Virus record (IMG/VR): IMGVR_UViG_3300027419_000023
DNA from: a virus
Direction: 5' to 3' (one strand)
Length of the DNA stretch: 64,000 nucleotides
In this document: positions 28,819 through 38,177 of the stretch, one piece after another
Position numbering within the stretch: position 1 is the first letter of the stretch
Layout: the number at the start of each line of letters is the position of its first letter
Program-made: the position numbers and the translations under genes
Notes under the pieces: generated by a model
The model's input: only the letters and a program-made list of their open reading frames with translations
Databases searched by the model: none
What the model was told of the DNA's origin: nothing

Positions 28819-29013
28819 TCACCTAGCTTTATCAATACTAACAGCCATGACGTTAATAGCGGAACCTAACATATTAGCATACTGGTTTAATTCCTCGGAA
28901 TTGTTGTCCAGTACCCAAAGCAACGATAAAATAGTAATGAAGTTTGTTAGGTTGTCTCCTCCACTGCTAGAGAGTTCCTTGATATGGTCCCGGATTTCCT
29001 GTTCGGTTTTCAT
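28819..29013 (-). CDS. small hypothetical protein
   Basis: MKTEQEIR...LLWVL; GAGG RBS. Confidence 0.5.
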   Translation of the reverse strand: MKTEQEIRDHIKELSSSGGDNLTNFITILSLLWVLDNNSEELNQYANMLGSAINVMAVSIDKAR

Positions 29014-29315
29014 GTTGTGTGCCTCAAATTACTATATTCAACTGGCAATTATTCATATTTTCCCAACGCAAATTAAATACGCAATTAACGTTATTATTAC
29101 TGTCTTGGCTAATATCGCATATATATGCATCTATTCTGGGATCTATATCAGTATACCAATCTGGAGCATAACAACACCATCTAAAATTACCTGGATCGGA
29201 TTTAATTATTTCCTTTATTGTATTAATATTATTATAAGTATTTTTTAGATGATTAATGTATCCAGATAAATGTATTATTGCATGGTTAAGTGTTCTTCTA
29301 GAATTTATGTCCATT

Positions 29316-29837
29316 TCATAATCCCTCTCCCTGATAGGCTCCATTATATAGTACTTCTGACTCTTTATTTAGCTTCATGAAGACAATCTGCAAGAGCTTG
29401 GCGTTCGGAAAGATCTGGATGCCTTGCGTATTATGGACTACTAGCATGCATTGACTGCGACCTTTGTAGCCTGGGTCCCATACGGAGGTTTCCATTGTGG
29501 CTCCCATGCGGAGTAGACTTGATCTCGGTCTAGCAATGCCCATGCAGTCAGACGGCACCGAAACAACTTCATTGAAGGTAATAAGATAACATCCTGTGGG
29601 TAGTTGCCAGCTCTCTGATTTCTTACTAATTTCCCAAGTTTGCCTGATCTTGCCGGCTTCCTCTAGTCTTGGTAACGACCGTTGAGAATTATCGAAGTCT
29701 ATGGTGCCACGACCCTTATACATCTCGATTTTTGAAACGGTAAGATCAACTCCACAAGGTTGAACTTGCTTTACTGGGTCAATAAGTTCGGATACGATGC
29801 CTTGCTCTAAAATTTGTTGTCCAGTTAAAATTGTCAT
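29316..29837 (-). CDS. dut: archaeal-type trimeric dUTPase (dCTP deaminase family)
   Basis: QVQPCGVDLT, PRSSLLRMG, VWDPGYKG, QIVF, YNGAYQ. Confidence 0.88.
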   Translation of the reverse strand: MTILTGQQILEQGIVSELIDPVKQVQPCGVDLTVSKIEMYKGRGTIDFDNSQRSLPRLEEAGKIRQTWEISKKSESWQLPTGCYLITFNEVVSVPSDCMGIARPRSSLLRMGATMETSVWDPGYKGRSQCMLVVHNTQGIQIFPNAKLLQIVFMKLNKESEVLYNGAYQGEGL

Positions 29838-30271
29838 TGCTTTAAGTCCTCGTTATTGTAGTAATACTTCATAAAATATGGTAATCCTTTATTATACAAC
29901 GATGCTATTGGAGTATAAATTCCTGTATTGATATTTAGAAGTCCGGGAGGATTCGCAGAATTCCCATCTTTATCTGGTTCAACATCTAATAATACCGTAG
30001 TTGATAATTCGCCTTTTGGTACAGATTTCAACATCCATAGGCGTTTTACTGTATTGTTCTCCTTGGATAATTCTTTATAGATTAGTCCGGAAATTTCGGT
30101 CCAGTTCGGATATTCTCGGAAATAAACTGGTTCAAAATCTTGATATGCTGGGTCCCACTGTAGTTGCATGTATTGACAACCGCAGTAACCCATGCCACCG
30201 TTGCTTAGTTCGTCGTTGATTTGGTCACTAGTTGTTAAGTTGCCACACGATTCGCATACGTAGTATTTCAT
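29834..30271 (-). CDS. Cys-containing hypothetical protein
   Basis: CESCG...CGC; overlapping operon arrangement. Confidence 0.55.
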   Translation of the reverse strand: MKYYVCESCGNLTTSDQINDELSNGGMGYCGCQYMQLQWDPAYQDFEPVYFREYPNWTEISGLIYKELSKENNTVKRLWMLKSVPKGELSTTVLLDVEPDKDGNSANPPGLLNINTGIYTPIASLYNKGLPYFMKYYYNNEDLKQ

Positions 30272-30639
30272 AGGGAATCTCCTTGTGTATTGATTATAGA
30301 ATATTGTATAGCGCCTCTAGGTCTATCAGGTCCTAATGTTATACTTCTTGATAACCTTGGTTTGAAATATTTACCAACTCGACTACACTTATCTCTTTTC
30401 ATACCAAACAGTAGTTCAATGTATTCTTTAAAATCTTTTGAAACTTCTCGTTCACTATCACAATTTAATGCTAGTTTATATGATAGATACTCTAAATTAC
30501 CCGATACGGGATTAATTTCTTTTTTAGTTTTCCTCATGCACCTATATATACGTTTGGAACTTAATGGTATGCATATACTATGAACACAATTATTACACGG
30601 ATTTATTTGGGTATTCGAAACGGATGCCATGAAAATCAT
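30268..30639 (-). CDS. Cys-rich small protein (paralog family A)
   Basis: CNNC...C...NPVSG...LNCDSER...DKCSRVGKYFKP. Confidence 0.65.
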   Translation of the reverse strand: MIFMASVSNTQINPCNNCVHSICIPLSSKRIYRCMRKTKKEINPVSGNLEYLSYKLALNCDSEREVSKDFKEYIELLFGMKRDKCSRVGKYFKPRLSRSITLGPDRPRGAIQYSIINTQGDSL

Positions 30640-30803
30640 TCCTAATTATTCATCACCGTTATGGATTTCAGGTGCGCAAAAATATTCAATATCGGATTCT
30701 CGTTCTAATCTAACATAACAACCTGTACTATATGCATGCGACAGAGCTGTTAAGTAATCATGTCTGTTCCTGACTATAATAACTGGTAAATCTTCTTCCA
30801 TAA

Positions 30804-31421
30804 TCACCAAGACTCCAAAAGTTGTTTTGCCTTCCTCGGTAAGTTCTGCAATGCTTCTAACGGCGTAGCATACTCTTTTTGCAGTGTTAATAAAGTTTGC
30901 GGTCCAATACCAGGCAGCTCTGCAATCCACTCTAAAGGAGATCCTGCTTTGATGGCTGGTTTAGGTTCGTCTAGTTTCAACAAATAATTATATATATGGA
31001 TTAGACGCCAAATTGACTCTTCCAAATTCATTGTGTGAAAGAGCTTGGTGCCCATGTCTTGCTGATGAGTTAAGAAATTGCTCATAGTTCGATACGGCAT
31101 ACGGGCCTTTAATTGGGTACCTTCTCTAAGCCAGACCATACCTTGTGAAACAACATAAGTACCTTCCAGTAAGAGACCAGTCCTTTCATAGTCTAGCTTG
31201 CGCATACGGGCTAATCGAGATTTTAGTTCCCGATAGGACCCACAGAAATCCGCAATGCTTTTTCGCTCAATCAAAAAGGTATGGCTACCGTTTTCCAACA
31301 AGTAGTCGGCTAAGGGAAGACACTTAAATTCGAAAGGAGGTACGTCTTCCCCCAGTATGGATGTAGCTAATAGGTCCTTAATCTGAGGGATGAGATGTTC
31401 CCTGGTATCTACGGTTATCAT
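30804..31421 (-). CDS. ERCC4/XPF-family structure-specific nuclease
   Basis: VDTRE, LADY, IERKSIADF, LLEG, HhH LPGIGP. Confidence 0.9.
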   Translation of the reverse strand: MITVDTREHLIPQIKDLLATSILGEDVPPFEFKCLPLADYLLENGSHTFLIERKSIADFCGSYRELKSRLARMRKLDYERTGLLLEGTYVVSQGMVWLREGTQLKARMPYRTMSNFLTHQQDMGTKLFHTMNLEESIWRLIHIYNYLLKLDEPKPAIKAGSPLEWIAELPGIGPQTLLTLQKEYATPLEALQNLPRKAKQLLESW

Positions 31422-31720
31422 GCGGAAGACCAGGCAAAAGTGTAATGTGTGCCACAGGACGTATCACTAGGGCAGAACCTAATCGCAGACTTATCAGTAC
31501 GATCATTGAGTATGTCTTCTGGCTGTTCTGTTATACGGTAATTTATTCTATTAAAGCATTCTGGATCGGCTAATTGTATGATTTTAGTATTCGAACATCC
31601 TATGAGGGTCTTACATTCCTTGCAATAGAAATCGGTAATATTAACCGGATGTATAAGCCAATTATTTTGCTTGCCACAAACATGGCAAATATAATTGAAG
31701 TACGTTATAATACCTCCCAA
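31418..31720 (-). CDS. zinc-ribbon protein (paralog family C)
   Basis: CHVCG...CKEC; the GGAGGT RBS lies inside the call, so the likely start is ATA 31708 or ATT 31711. Confidence 0.6.
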   Translation of the reverse strand: MGGIITYFNYICHVCGKQNNWLIHPVNITDFYCKECKTLIGCSNTKIIQLADPECFNRINYRITEQPEDILNDRTDKSAIRFCPSDTSCGTHYTFAWSSA

Positions 31721-31731
31721 AAAAATTATTG

Positions 31732-31884
31732 CTAAGCTACCTTCTCGTATAGTTTTATTTCACGTCCATTAGAATAACCTATTGGTACATGATATTCCTT
31801 GCAAGCATACTCAGAAATATTAACGGTATCTACTATCCAAGAATTAACGTAATTGCATTTTAAGCAACGAAATTCGAAGATCAT
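31732..31884 (-). CDS. small zinc-ribbon protein (paralog family C, 50 aa)
   Basis: MIFEFRCLKCNYVNSWIVDTVNISEYACKE...IGYSN aligns with 31418-31720. Confidence 0.55.
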   Translation of the reverse strand: MIFEFRCLKCNYVNSWIVDTVNISEYACKEYHVPIGYSNGREIKLYEKVA

Positions 31885-32924
31885 GAAGTTACTCCTTTCC
31901 ATTTTAATACTTGATCATTTATCGAAACACCCCAATTTGCAATATCGATAAATATATTATTATTAATATAATCTTCTACATCAGTTATATCATTTCCATA
32001 CATTATAATAAGTTTCTCAGTTGGGTATAACTCATGAAATAAAGTCATTTTCTTTTTTGCTATATCTGTTACAAACCCTTTAACTTCTATCCATAAAGAG
32101 TACTCAGGAAGCCAAAAATCTGGAAAATACGTACCTGCTATACCTAATCCATAGCCAATACCTTCATAATTCCATTCTATATGTAGTAGATCTAGTAAAG
32201 TGGCTAGTCTAGTTTCAAAACTTGATCTAAGCCAGACTACGGTATTATCTAATTTTGTATAATGTCCTCCCTTTCCATGACCAGATCCTGGATACGCTGG
32301 TTTTCCAAATTGTGGATTATTAGGACCAGTCATCTTTTCTTTTATTTCAGGTAAACTTTTTGTTGCTTTTATTCGTTCCTTAATATCTGTTGTCTCGTAT
32401 AACAATTTCTGACGTTTTGACATTTCAATTTTCTGTTCTTCAGTTACGATATGAGAACGCCCTATAGAAGCTTGGCGTATCTTTTCTATTGCTTCTGGGG
32501 TATGATGTTTTCCATACAAAGGATGTTTTTCACCGGAACGATCAAAAGAAAATTTTTGTTTTTGTTCATCTGACCATTTATAACTACCTAGATTCGGAGT
32601 ATCTTCTTTTGTGCATCCTTTATTCCACGGAATATGTCCTTTTTGAAAATGATTGTCTTTATTCTTCTCAGCTATACGAGCAACTCTTTCATCAGTTTCT
32701 TTAGTTAAGCCTTTACTCCAGCCAATACGTCGTCTGTTTGGCTTTAATATACCATATTTTCTAATATAATATCTTACATTACCGGCACTATCATTGCATA
32801 TCATAGCAATTTCTTTCGGACTAAGATCTTTCACTATATAATGATCATATAACCATTCTTTATTATTAAGAGGATGACTTTTATTATTTTTAATTCTACC
32901 TGCCGCATTTCCCATATTAAACAC
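31881..32924 (-). mobile_element. free-standing homing-endonuclease-like gene (HTH, NUMOD3 repeats, PD-(D/E)XK domain)
   Basis: KEWLYDHY, HPLYGKHHTPE, WLRSSFE...WNYE...YFPDFWLP...IEVKG. Confidence 0.8.
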
Positions 32925-33737
32925 TTACCAAAATGGTCGAGGTATCTTTGCTGCTGCTAATACATTTTCTGGCGTAGGATCAATAACTTCTGTTTGATAG
33001 TCGGAATTTTGTGGCTCGAAATCATGTCCTGTTGAATGTATTAACGCAACTTGATGTTTTTGGCCGTCTGATGTACTTCTATGAATTAATTCTATACTAC
33101 AATCTGAATTAAATTCAGTTGACGTGGGATAAACCAGAGGTACCTTGTTGCCCGTTTCAAATTCCTTGGTTGTGCGATGAATTACGAGAACGTTCGCAAA
33201 GTTCTGGATGGCTGTGATTTGAGATGACATAGCTTGCGTTATGAGTCCAAATTCTTGTTGGCTTGGCCACTTTCTCTTATTAGCCGTAATGTAATGCACG
33301 ATTTCCATAGCACGCCACCTATAGGAGTCGTCGAGTACGACCCATACTTTACCGGAATTTGGTATAGCGGCTATATCTTCGGCATAGAACTTTGCCTTTT
33401 CTATAGCAGTTTGAAACTCTTCCCAGGACTTGGGAAAGTGATACTGGTTTTTGTAGTCGAAGCCATCGATCTTAGGTTTCCAGACTAATGAGTTGTCAGG
33501 CTTTCTTAGTGGCGAGAATAATGACCGGAATCCTTCACCGACACTCCTAGATAAAGCAATCTGGTCAATTTCAACTTTTCCGAAGCTAAGTTTTGCCGGG
33601 GGAAAATCGATTACGATAGCGTTGGGAAAGTTTGCCCCGAAATAAGTTTTACCAATTTTTGTGTCCGCATACAATGATACTAGTAATGGATATGCCACTT
33701 CTCCAGCGGAAAGTCCTTCGATAGTAATTTCAGTCAT
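32925..33737 (-). CDS. AAA_24/Sak4-like RecA-fold ATPase (recombinase)
   Basis: Walker A YADTKIGKT, Walker B VVLDDS; next to the SSB candidate and ERCC4. Confidence 0.7.
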   Translation of the reverse strand: MTEITIEGLSAGEVAYPLLVSLYADTKIGKTYFGANFPNAIVIDFPPAKLSFGKVEIDQIALSRSVGEGFRSLFSPLRKPDNSLVWKPKIDGFDYKNQYHFPKSWEEFQTAIEKAKFYAEDIAAIPNSGKVWVVLDDSYRWRAMEIVHYITANKRKWPSQQEFGLITQAMSSQITAIQNFANVLVIHRTTKEFETGNKVPLVYPTSTEFNSDCSIELIHRSTSDGQKHQVALIHSTGHDFEPQNSDYQTEVIDPTPENVLAAAKIPRPFW

Positions 33738-34097
33738 TATTAACTCCTTGCTAAACTTTTATGATTGACGTTATTAATTCAGATATTGATAATAACATCA
33801 TGTATTCGTATTTATCATAATCGAAAAAATATTCTATTGATCCGATTATTAACGTGATAAATGATAAATAAAATAAAAAATAATTCTGGACTTCTATCAT
33901 CAGTTCTTGCCTCCCAAATCTTTCTGTAGTTTTCTATTCTTAATTTCTAATTCTATAATTCGGGTAATGGCTTGACTTACTGTTTCGCCTTCGCGACAAA
34001 GATAATTTCGGACATCATTTTCATTATAATTAATGGTAATCTGAGACATTTTCTACCTCCCTGTATTATTTAAATAAATTATTAAAAGTAAGGCTAT

Positions 34098-34868
34098 TTA
34101 AGCCTCACTGAAATCAAGTGTCTTTCCGTCGGTCGTATACTTTATGTTCTTCATGATTTCCTGCCAAGCTGCAGTAGTCTCCGCGTAGGATCCGAATTGA
34201 CCGGAGCCATAGAGGTCAACTACGTCACGCTTTGGTCTGCCCTGGAAGTTTGCCTTCAGGAACTCAAGCATCTGCTTGGCCCTTTCGGAAAGAGCTTCCT
34301 TGCCTTTTACGATAGGCTTGGCAAGCTCCTTTTTCATGACGGATTCTGGATCAATCTGGCTGTAGCCCTTTACCTTCTTAATGGAAAGGACGTACTTGTC
34401 ACCGGGCTTGAATAGATCGCCCATGACTAGTTCATCGCCAGTCTCCACTGGGATACCGGTTGCTCGTGCAATAAACTCTGTGAGAGTTCTGCCAGCTCCG
34501 TCGATTGGCTGCTTTGCCGCGTTATAATTCTGGATTGGGAAAGTAGCGCCCTGCTTCATTTCAGTGCCTGTCTTCGGGTCAACGAACACGAACCTGTACT
34601 GATCCACGAAAGATGCTTTGATTCTCGGAGTGTCAGTAGACTTTCTAGGTGGCCAGAACTCATCAGTTTGAGAGTCTACGACAGCCTTCTGTTCTGCGGT
34701 AAGGGTTTCGTATTCCTTGTTGGAAACTTCTTTAATGCTGCGAATGCCTTCCTTGAACAAGACTACCATGTTCTCGCGGACGATATCTTTGAGTTCAACT
34801 TCGTACTGACCCTCGGCTAGACCCTGTCCCTTTACAACAACCTTTTCATTCCATGCTGAATTACTCAT
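34098..34868 (-). CDS. putative single-stranded DNA-binding protein
   Basis: LAEGQYEVEL start typical of phage SSB-like proteins; upstream of the Sak4-like ATPase; own promoter. Inferred from context. Confidence 0.5.
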   Translation of the reverse strand: MSNSAWNEKVVVKGQGLAEGQYEVELKDIVRENMVVLFKEGIRSIKEVSNKEYETLTAEQKAVVDSQTDEFWPPRKSTDTPRIKASFVDQYRFVFVDPKTGTEMKQGATFPIQNYNAAKQPIDGAGRTLTEFIARATGIPVETGDELVMGDLFKPGDKYVLSIKKVKGYSQIDPESVMKKELAKPIVKGKEALSERAKQMLEFLKANFQGRPKRDVVDLYGSGQFGSYAETTAAWQEIMKNIKYTTDGKTLDFSEA

Positions 34869-35098
34869 TTATTATCTTCTCCCATACTTGTTTGGTTTTC
34901 TTCTGCGATAATCTTATGGGTCACGATTATAGTAGTCAACCCATAACTATATCTAAAGGATATTTTAGAGCTATATATAGTTTTTGGCTTCCGGGTAATA
35001 TACTATTCTATGAGTATTTGTCCACTAGCCAAAAACTACAAGTTAACGTTTAGTTTTGAGTATTTAAACTTTTTGGTTGCTTAAACAAGTAACCAAAT

Positions 35099-35160
35099 TG
35101 GAACCAGTAAGAGTCGAACTTACAGCGAATTACGCTTCCAACCCAGTTTCGGACAATTCC
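35099..35160 (-). ncRNA. 62-nt tRNA-like RNA lacking a canonical anticodon arm
   Basis: GGAAUUG/UGGUUCC-A acceptor stem; UCCGA-AACUGGG-UUGGA D-like arm; AGCG-UAAUU-CGCU mini arm; GUAAG-UUCGACU-CUUAC T arm; own promoter at 35191-35208. Confidence 0.7.
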
Positions 35161-35215
35161 AACGTATTAATATAGTAAAAAGTTTTGGTGTATTTAAAGG
35201 TTTTGGTTGTATTAC

Positions 35216-35452
35216 TTACGGTACGACTTGCCAAATGGTTCCGTTGCCGAAAGTTATTGTACCGTTCCGGGTCACATTAGGTGTTTCGGCACTGAACGCC
35301 AACATATATATGGCTTCTTCTGGAGTTATGTTTGTTCCAGGGCATAACTCCATTGCGTTACTGGAGTTATTTTGTTCCACTAAGTAGATAGCTGAACATG
35401 ACTGAGATAAAACTAGTAAGACGACTAAAATGCTAATAAAATTTAAGTTCAA
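35216..35452 (-). CDS. secreted small protein
   Basis: Signal peptide; multiple N-x-S/T sequons. Confidence 0.55.
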   Translation of the reverse strand: MNLNFISILVVLLVLSQSCSAIYLVEQNNSSNAMELCPGTNITPEEAIYMLAFSAETPNVTRNGTITFGNGTIWQVVP

Positions 35453-35470
35453 TCTTGGCTGTTCCCTTAA

Positions 35471-35812
35471 TTAAATTACTAGCCGGTACCCGAAGGCACC
35501 TTTAGGGCCGACCTGATCATCTAAGATTTCCAATGAACCAACTAAATGCTCGTCAATACGAGTCATTAGGTTTCTTAAGGATCGCTGGTACTTTGACTGA
35601 TAGGATCTGGCCTTGCCTTTCAGTTGGCTACCAGTGGCTTCGTAGCCAATTATATAGCCATGATTTATTAGGTTCTCCACGACGTCTTGTTGCCAGGAGC
35701 CCTTGGCTTGGTTTCTCAACAATTTAGACAGTTCTGGTCCTGGTAGCCAGCAAGGCTTTCCATTGGGTGTCTTACCGTCCATTACGGGTTTATAGATGTT
35801 TATCGAAGTCAT
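35471..35812 (-). CDS. hypothetical early protein
   Basis: GGAGTGA RBS; promoter at 35848-35865. Confidence 0.65.
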   Translation of the reverse strand: MTSINIYKPVMDGKTPNGKPCWLPGPELSKLLRNQAKGSWQQDVVENLINHGYIIGYEATGSQLKGKARSYQSKYQRSLRNLMTRIDEHLVGSLEILDDQVGPKGAFGYRLVI

Positions 35813-35849
35813 TTCATTTCACTCCAAGTACTAATAGTACTGGATACTA

Positions 35850-36182
35850 TTAATAGTTTTTGGTCGGCTTCTCTGGAAATTGCATTGGCATCCAGTACAA
35901 GATAGTATAGTCGTCCGCAAATGGAAAATCGAGTATGTCTGACCAAGCTTCGTTATTGTAAAATATACCTATAGATACGCGGTCTTTGACGTCGTCGTAG
36001 GATGAATCTTCATAGACTATATATATCCAGACTAAGGTTCGATCTTCTGGCAGACAATCTTTAACGGATATCCATTCTCGTCTATTATTAAGTTTTGATA
36101 TAAATTTTAACATATTTTTAGTATGTGACGTATCATTATTATCCAATGGGTTATAATCATATAATTCTTGAAAATGTTGCAT
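35850..36182 (-). CDS. DUF551-like protein
   Basis: EWISVKDCLPE...YWMP..PEKP. Confidence 0.7.
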   Translation of the reverse strand: MQHFQELYDYNPLDNNDTSHTKNMLKFISKLNNRREWISVKDCLPEDRTLVWIYIVYEDSSYDDVKDRVSIGIFYNNEAWSDILDFPFADDYTILYWMPMQFPEKPTKNY

Positions 36183-36360
36183 AAGTTAACCTCCTTGAAG
36201 TTCTTGTATTTTATTATCTATATAATTATATAACTTCTCCTGCTTTTCTATCCAGTCTATTTGATAATGTAATAGCACTACCATATGGTAAGGACTCGCA
36301 CCTCTTTTAGACCAGTATAAAAATTGTGATAGCACTATATCATATAGCTTAGATATATAA

Positions 36361-36669
36361 TTATTTTTCATTATTATTCCTTACTTTATTTATTATGATT
36401 TTCTGTTTCGACCAGTGTTGGTCTGTTTGTACATGGTTTGCTCTCACATACTTTGCGATATTTTTATTAAATTCTACATTACTAAATGAATCTATGTTGC
36501 GGGCTGCAATATGATCATGAGTCCAGAGGCAGTTTGAGCCATCCATTTTGATAGTTACGACTAACTCCTTATTTAGGAAGTTATCTATATTAAAGTAGCC
36601 GGATTCTCGGACGTCCTCCTTATCCGCGGAATCTGAAAATGTGAAGTATGGAGTTCTAGGATATTTCAT
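36361..36669 (-). pseudogene. RNA/DNA ligase-family gene with a large in-frame internal deletion
   Basis: N-terminal KYPRTP...VVTIKMDGSN (motif I) joined directly to C-terminal AKYVRANHVQTDQHW; motifs III, IIIa and IV are missing. Confidence 0.7.
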
Positions 36670-36766
36670 AAATTAACCTATTAACTTCTAATTCTCTTGT
36701 CAGATACTTCACGAGGTCTGCTTCTCCCACCCTGCTTTTCGGCATAAGTTCTTTTTTGTTTTCCGT

Positions 36767-37027
36767 CTACTTCTTTGGCTTCCAATATTTACCCTCCTTA
36801 CCACACTTGTCTTTACGTTCGCCGAAGATCCATTCGGACAGATCCTTGGATAATTGGCGTTCGGATTCGCAGTTCAATAGTTTGCTGTAGTCAGAATACC
36901 AGAAGGTGCCATAGATTGGATCACAGACTCGTTTTTGATGACGTCCACATTTACTATCCCAACCGATATCAGCCACGACTCGTTCGTAATGCTCATAAGT
37001 TGTACATAATTTCTCACACGGATTCAT
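36767..37027 (-). CDS. Cys-rich small protein (paralog family A)
   Basis: DPIYG...LNCESER...DKCGKEGKYWKP. Confidence 0.65.
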   Translation of the reverse strand: MNPCEKLCTTYEHYERVVADIGWDSKCGRHQKRVCDPIYGTFWYSDYSKLLNCESERQLSKDLSEWIFGERKDKCGKEGKYWKPKK

Positions 37028-37252
37028 AGGATCACGTCTTTATTTTATCATATAGTTCGTGGTATTGCTTGTCCAGCCACCTTATATAAGAGTTAGCAGC
37101 TTCCAACTTCAATTTGAGCAGTTCGATTTGCTGTCTTTCGGTAAGTTCTTTCATTTAGTCACCTCGGATAATTGTTAGGAAAAGAAAACAAGACGGATTA
37201 ACTTGCTTTCTCTCCTTTTGGGTTGGCACTCTAAATACGGTTATATTCGTAT

Positions 37253-37780
37253 TTAAAGGTTTTGGTTAATGCAAATAGTATCTGAAAATATGGGTATAAA
37301 CCCGTTATTGGTACAATAACCATCAAAGAAATATAAATTGGTATGACCAGGATTACCAGTAACTTTAATACCTTTTGGTACAATTATATTAATGCTTGCG
37401 GAACCATATAGTGGCGTAATTACAAAATCTTTATAAGCTATATAAAAACTATCCCATTGACTAAACGGATACGAGTACCTATGAGTTGGTGTTTCTCCAG
37501 AATCTAGAAATCCATCTAGCCATTTTATATATTCATTAACGTGAGCTATTCGTATATTCGGTAAAATATACTCATTTTTATTTTCTATATATTTTCTATG
37601 TTTTTGCTCCTGTTTGATACGATCAATTTTTCTTTTGTTATCCTCTTCTTCTTCCTTGGTAATAAATTTTTCTAATCTAGGATCGACTTTAGGAACACGA
37701 ATATGATTATTCGAGGTTTCTGAAGTATTCTGTTCATTTGATATGTTTAATATTTCGTGGCCAAATAATACTATCCTCAT
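37253..37780 (-). CDS. hypothetical protein, leaderless
   Basis: Promoter at 37803-37820; initiator motif abuts the ATG. Confidence 0.65.
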   Translation of the reverse strand: MRIVLFGHEILNISNEQNTSETSNNHIRVPKVDPRLEKFITKEEEEDNKRKIDRIKQEQKHRKYIENKNEYILPNIRIAHVNEYIKWLDGFLDSGETPTHRYSYPFSQWDSFYIAYKDFVITPLYGSASINIIVPKGIKVTGNPGHTNLYFFDGYCTNNGFIPIFSDTICINQNL

Positions 37781-37833
37781 AAGTACTAATAGTACTGATT
37801 GATATTTAAAGGTTTTGGTTACAAAAAAAATAA

Positions 37834-38049
37834 TTACTTATGAAATGCAGATGCAGTAGATATTGTTTCATTTATCATATCTATGCTATAATGCATTTCT
37901 TTAAGCAATGATTGCCATTTAGCATTTATGGCCTTATCGTCCTCGAAGTCGTAGAACGTGGATTCCAGATAACCAGAATCATTTTCATCAACCACGTGAA
38001 TTCTACGTATTTGAAAGTTTGCTGTGCCAATTACTTCCATCATTTCCAC
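37834..38049 (-). CDS. hypothetical protein
   Basis: GAGGT RBS; promoter at 38084-38101. Confidence 0.5.
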   Translation of the reverse strand: MEMMEVIGTANFQIRRIHVVDENDSGYLESTFYDFEDDKAINAKWQSLLKEMHYSIDMINETISTASAFHK

Positions 38050-38177
38050 ATGTATTACCTCTAGTAAGAATAAGTACTGCTAGAATAAATAGTTTTTGGT
38101 TACGCTAAATAATATAGATAAATATTATAAAAATAGAAATATAATATTAATTAAAAAATAATGAATAAAAAAGCTAA

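Noticed and set aside
30646-30930. 94-aa ORF as called
   Set aside because: Its 5' half overlaps ERCC4 in another frame; the plausible gene starts at ATG ~30801 after GGTGA.
35099-35160. Canonical tRNA or tRNA-Pyl
   Set aside because: Only 62 nt, no 5-bp/7-nt anticodon arm, no CUA anticodon; the T loop is canonical, unlike tRNA-Pyl.
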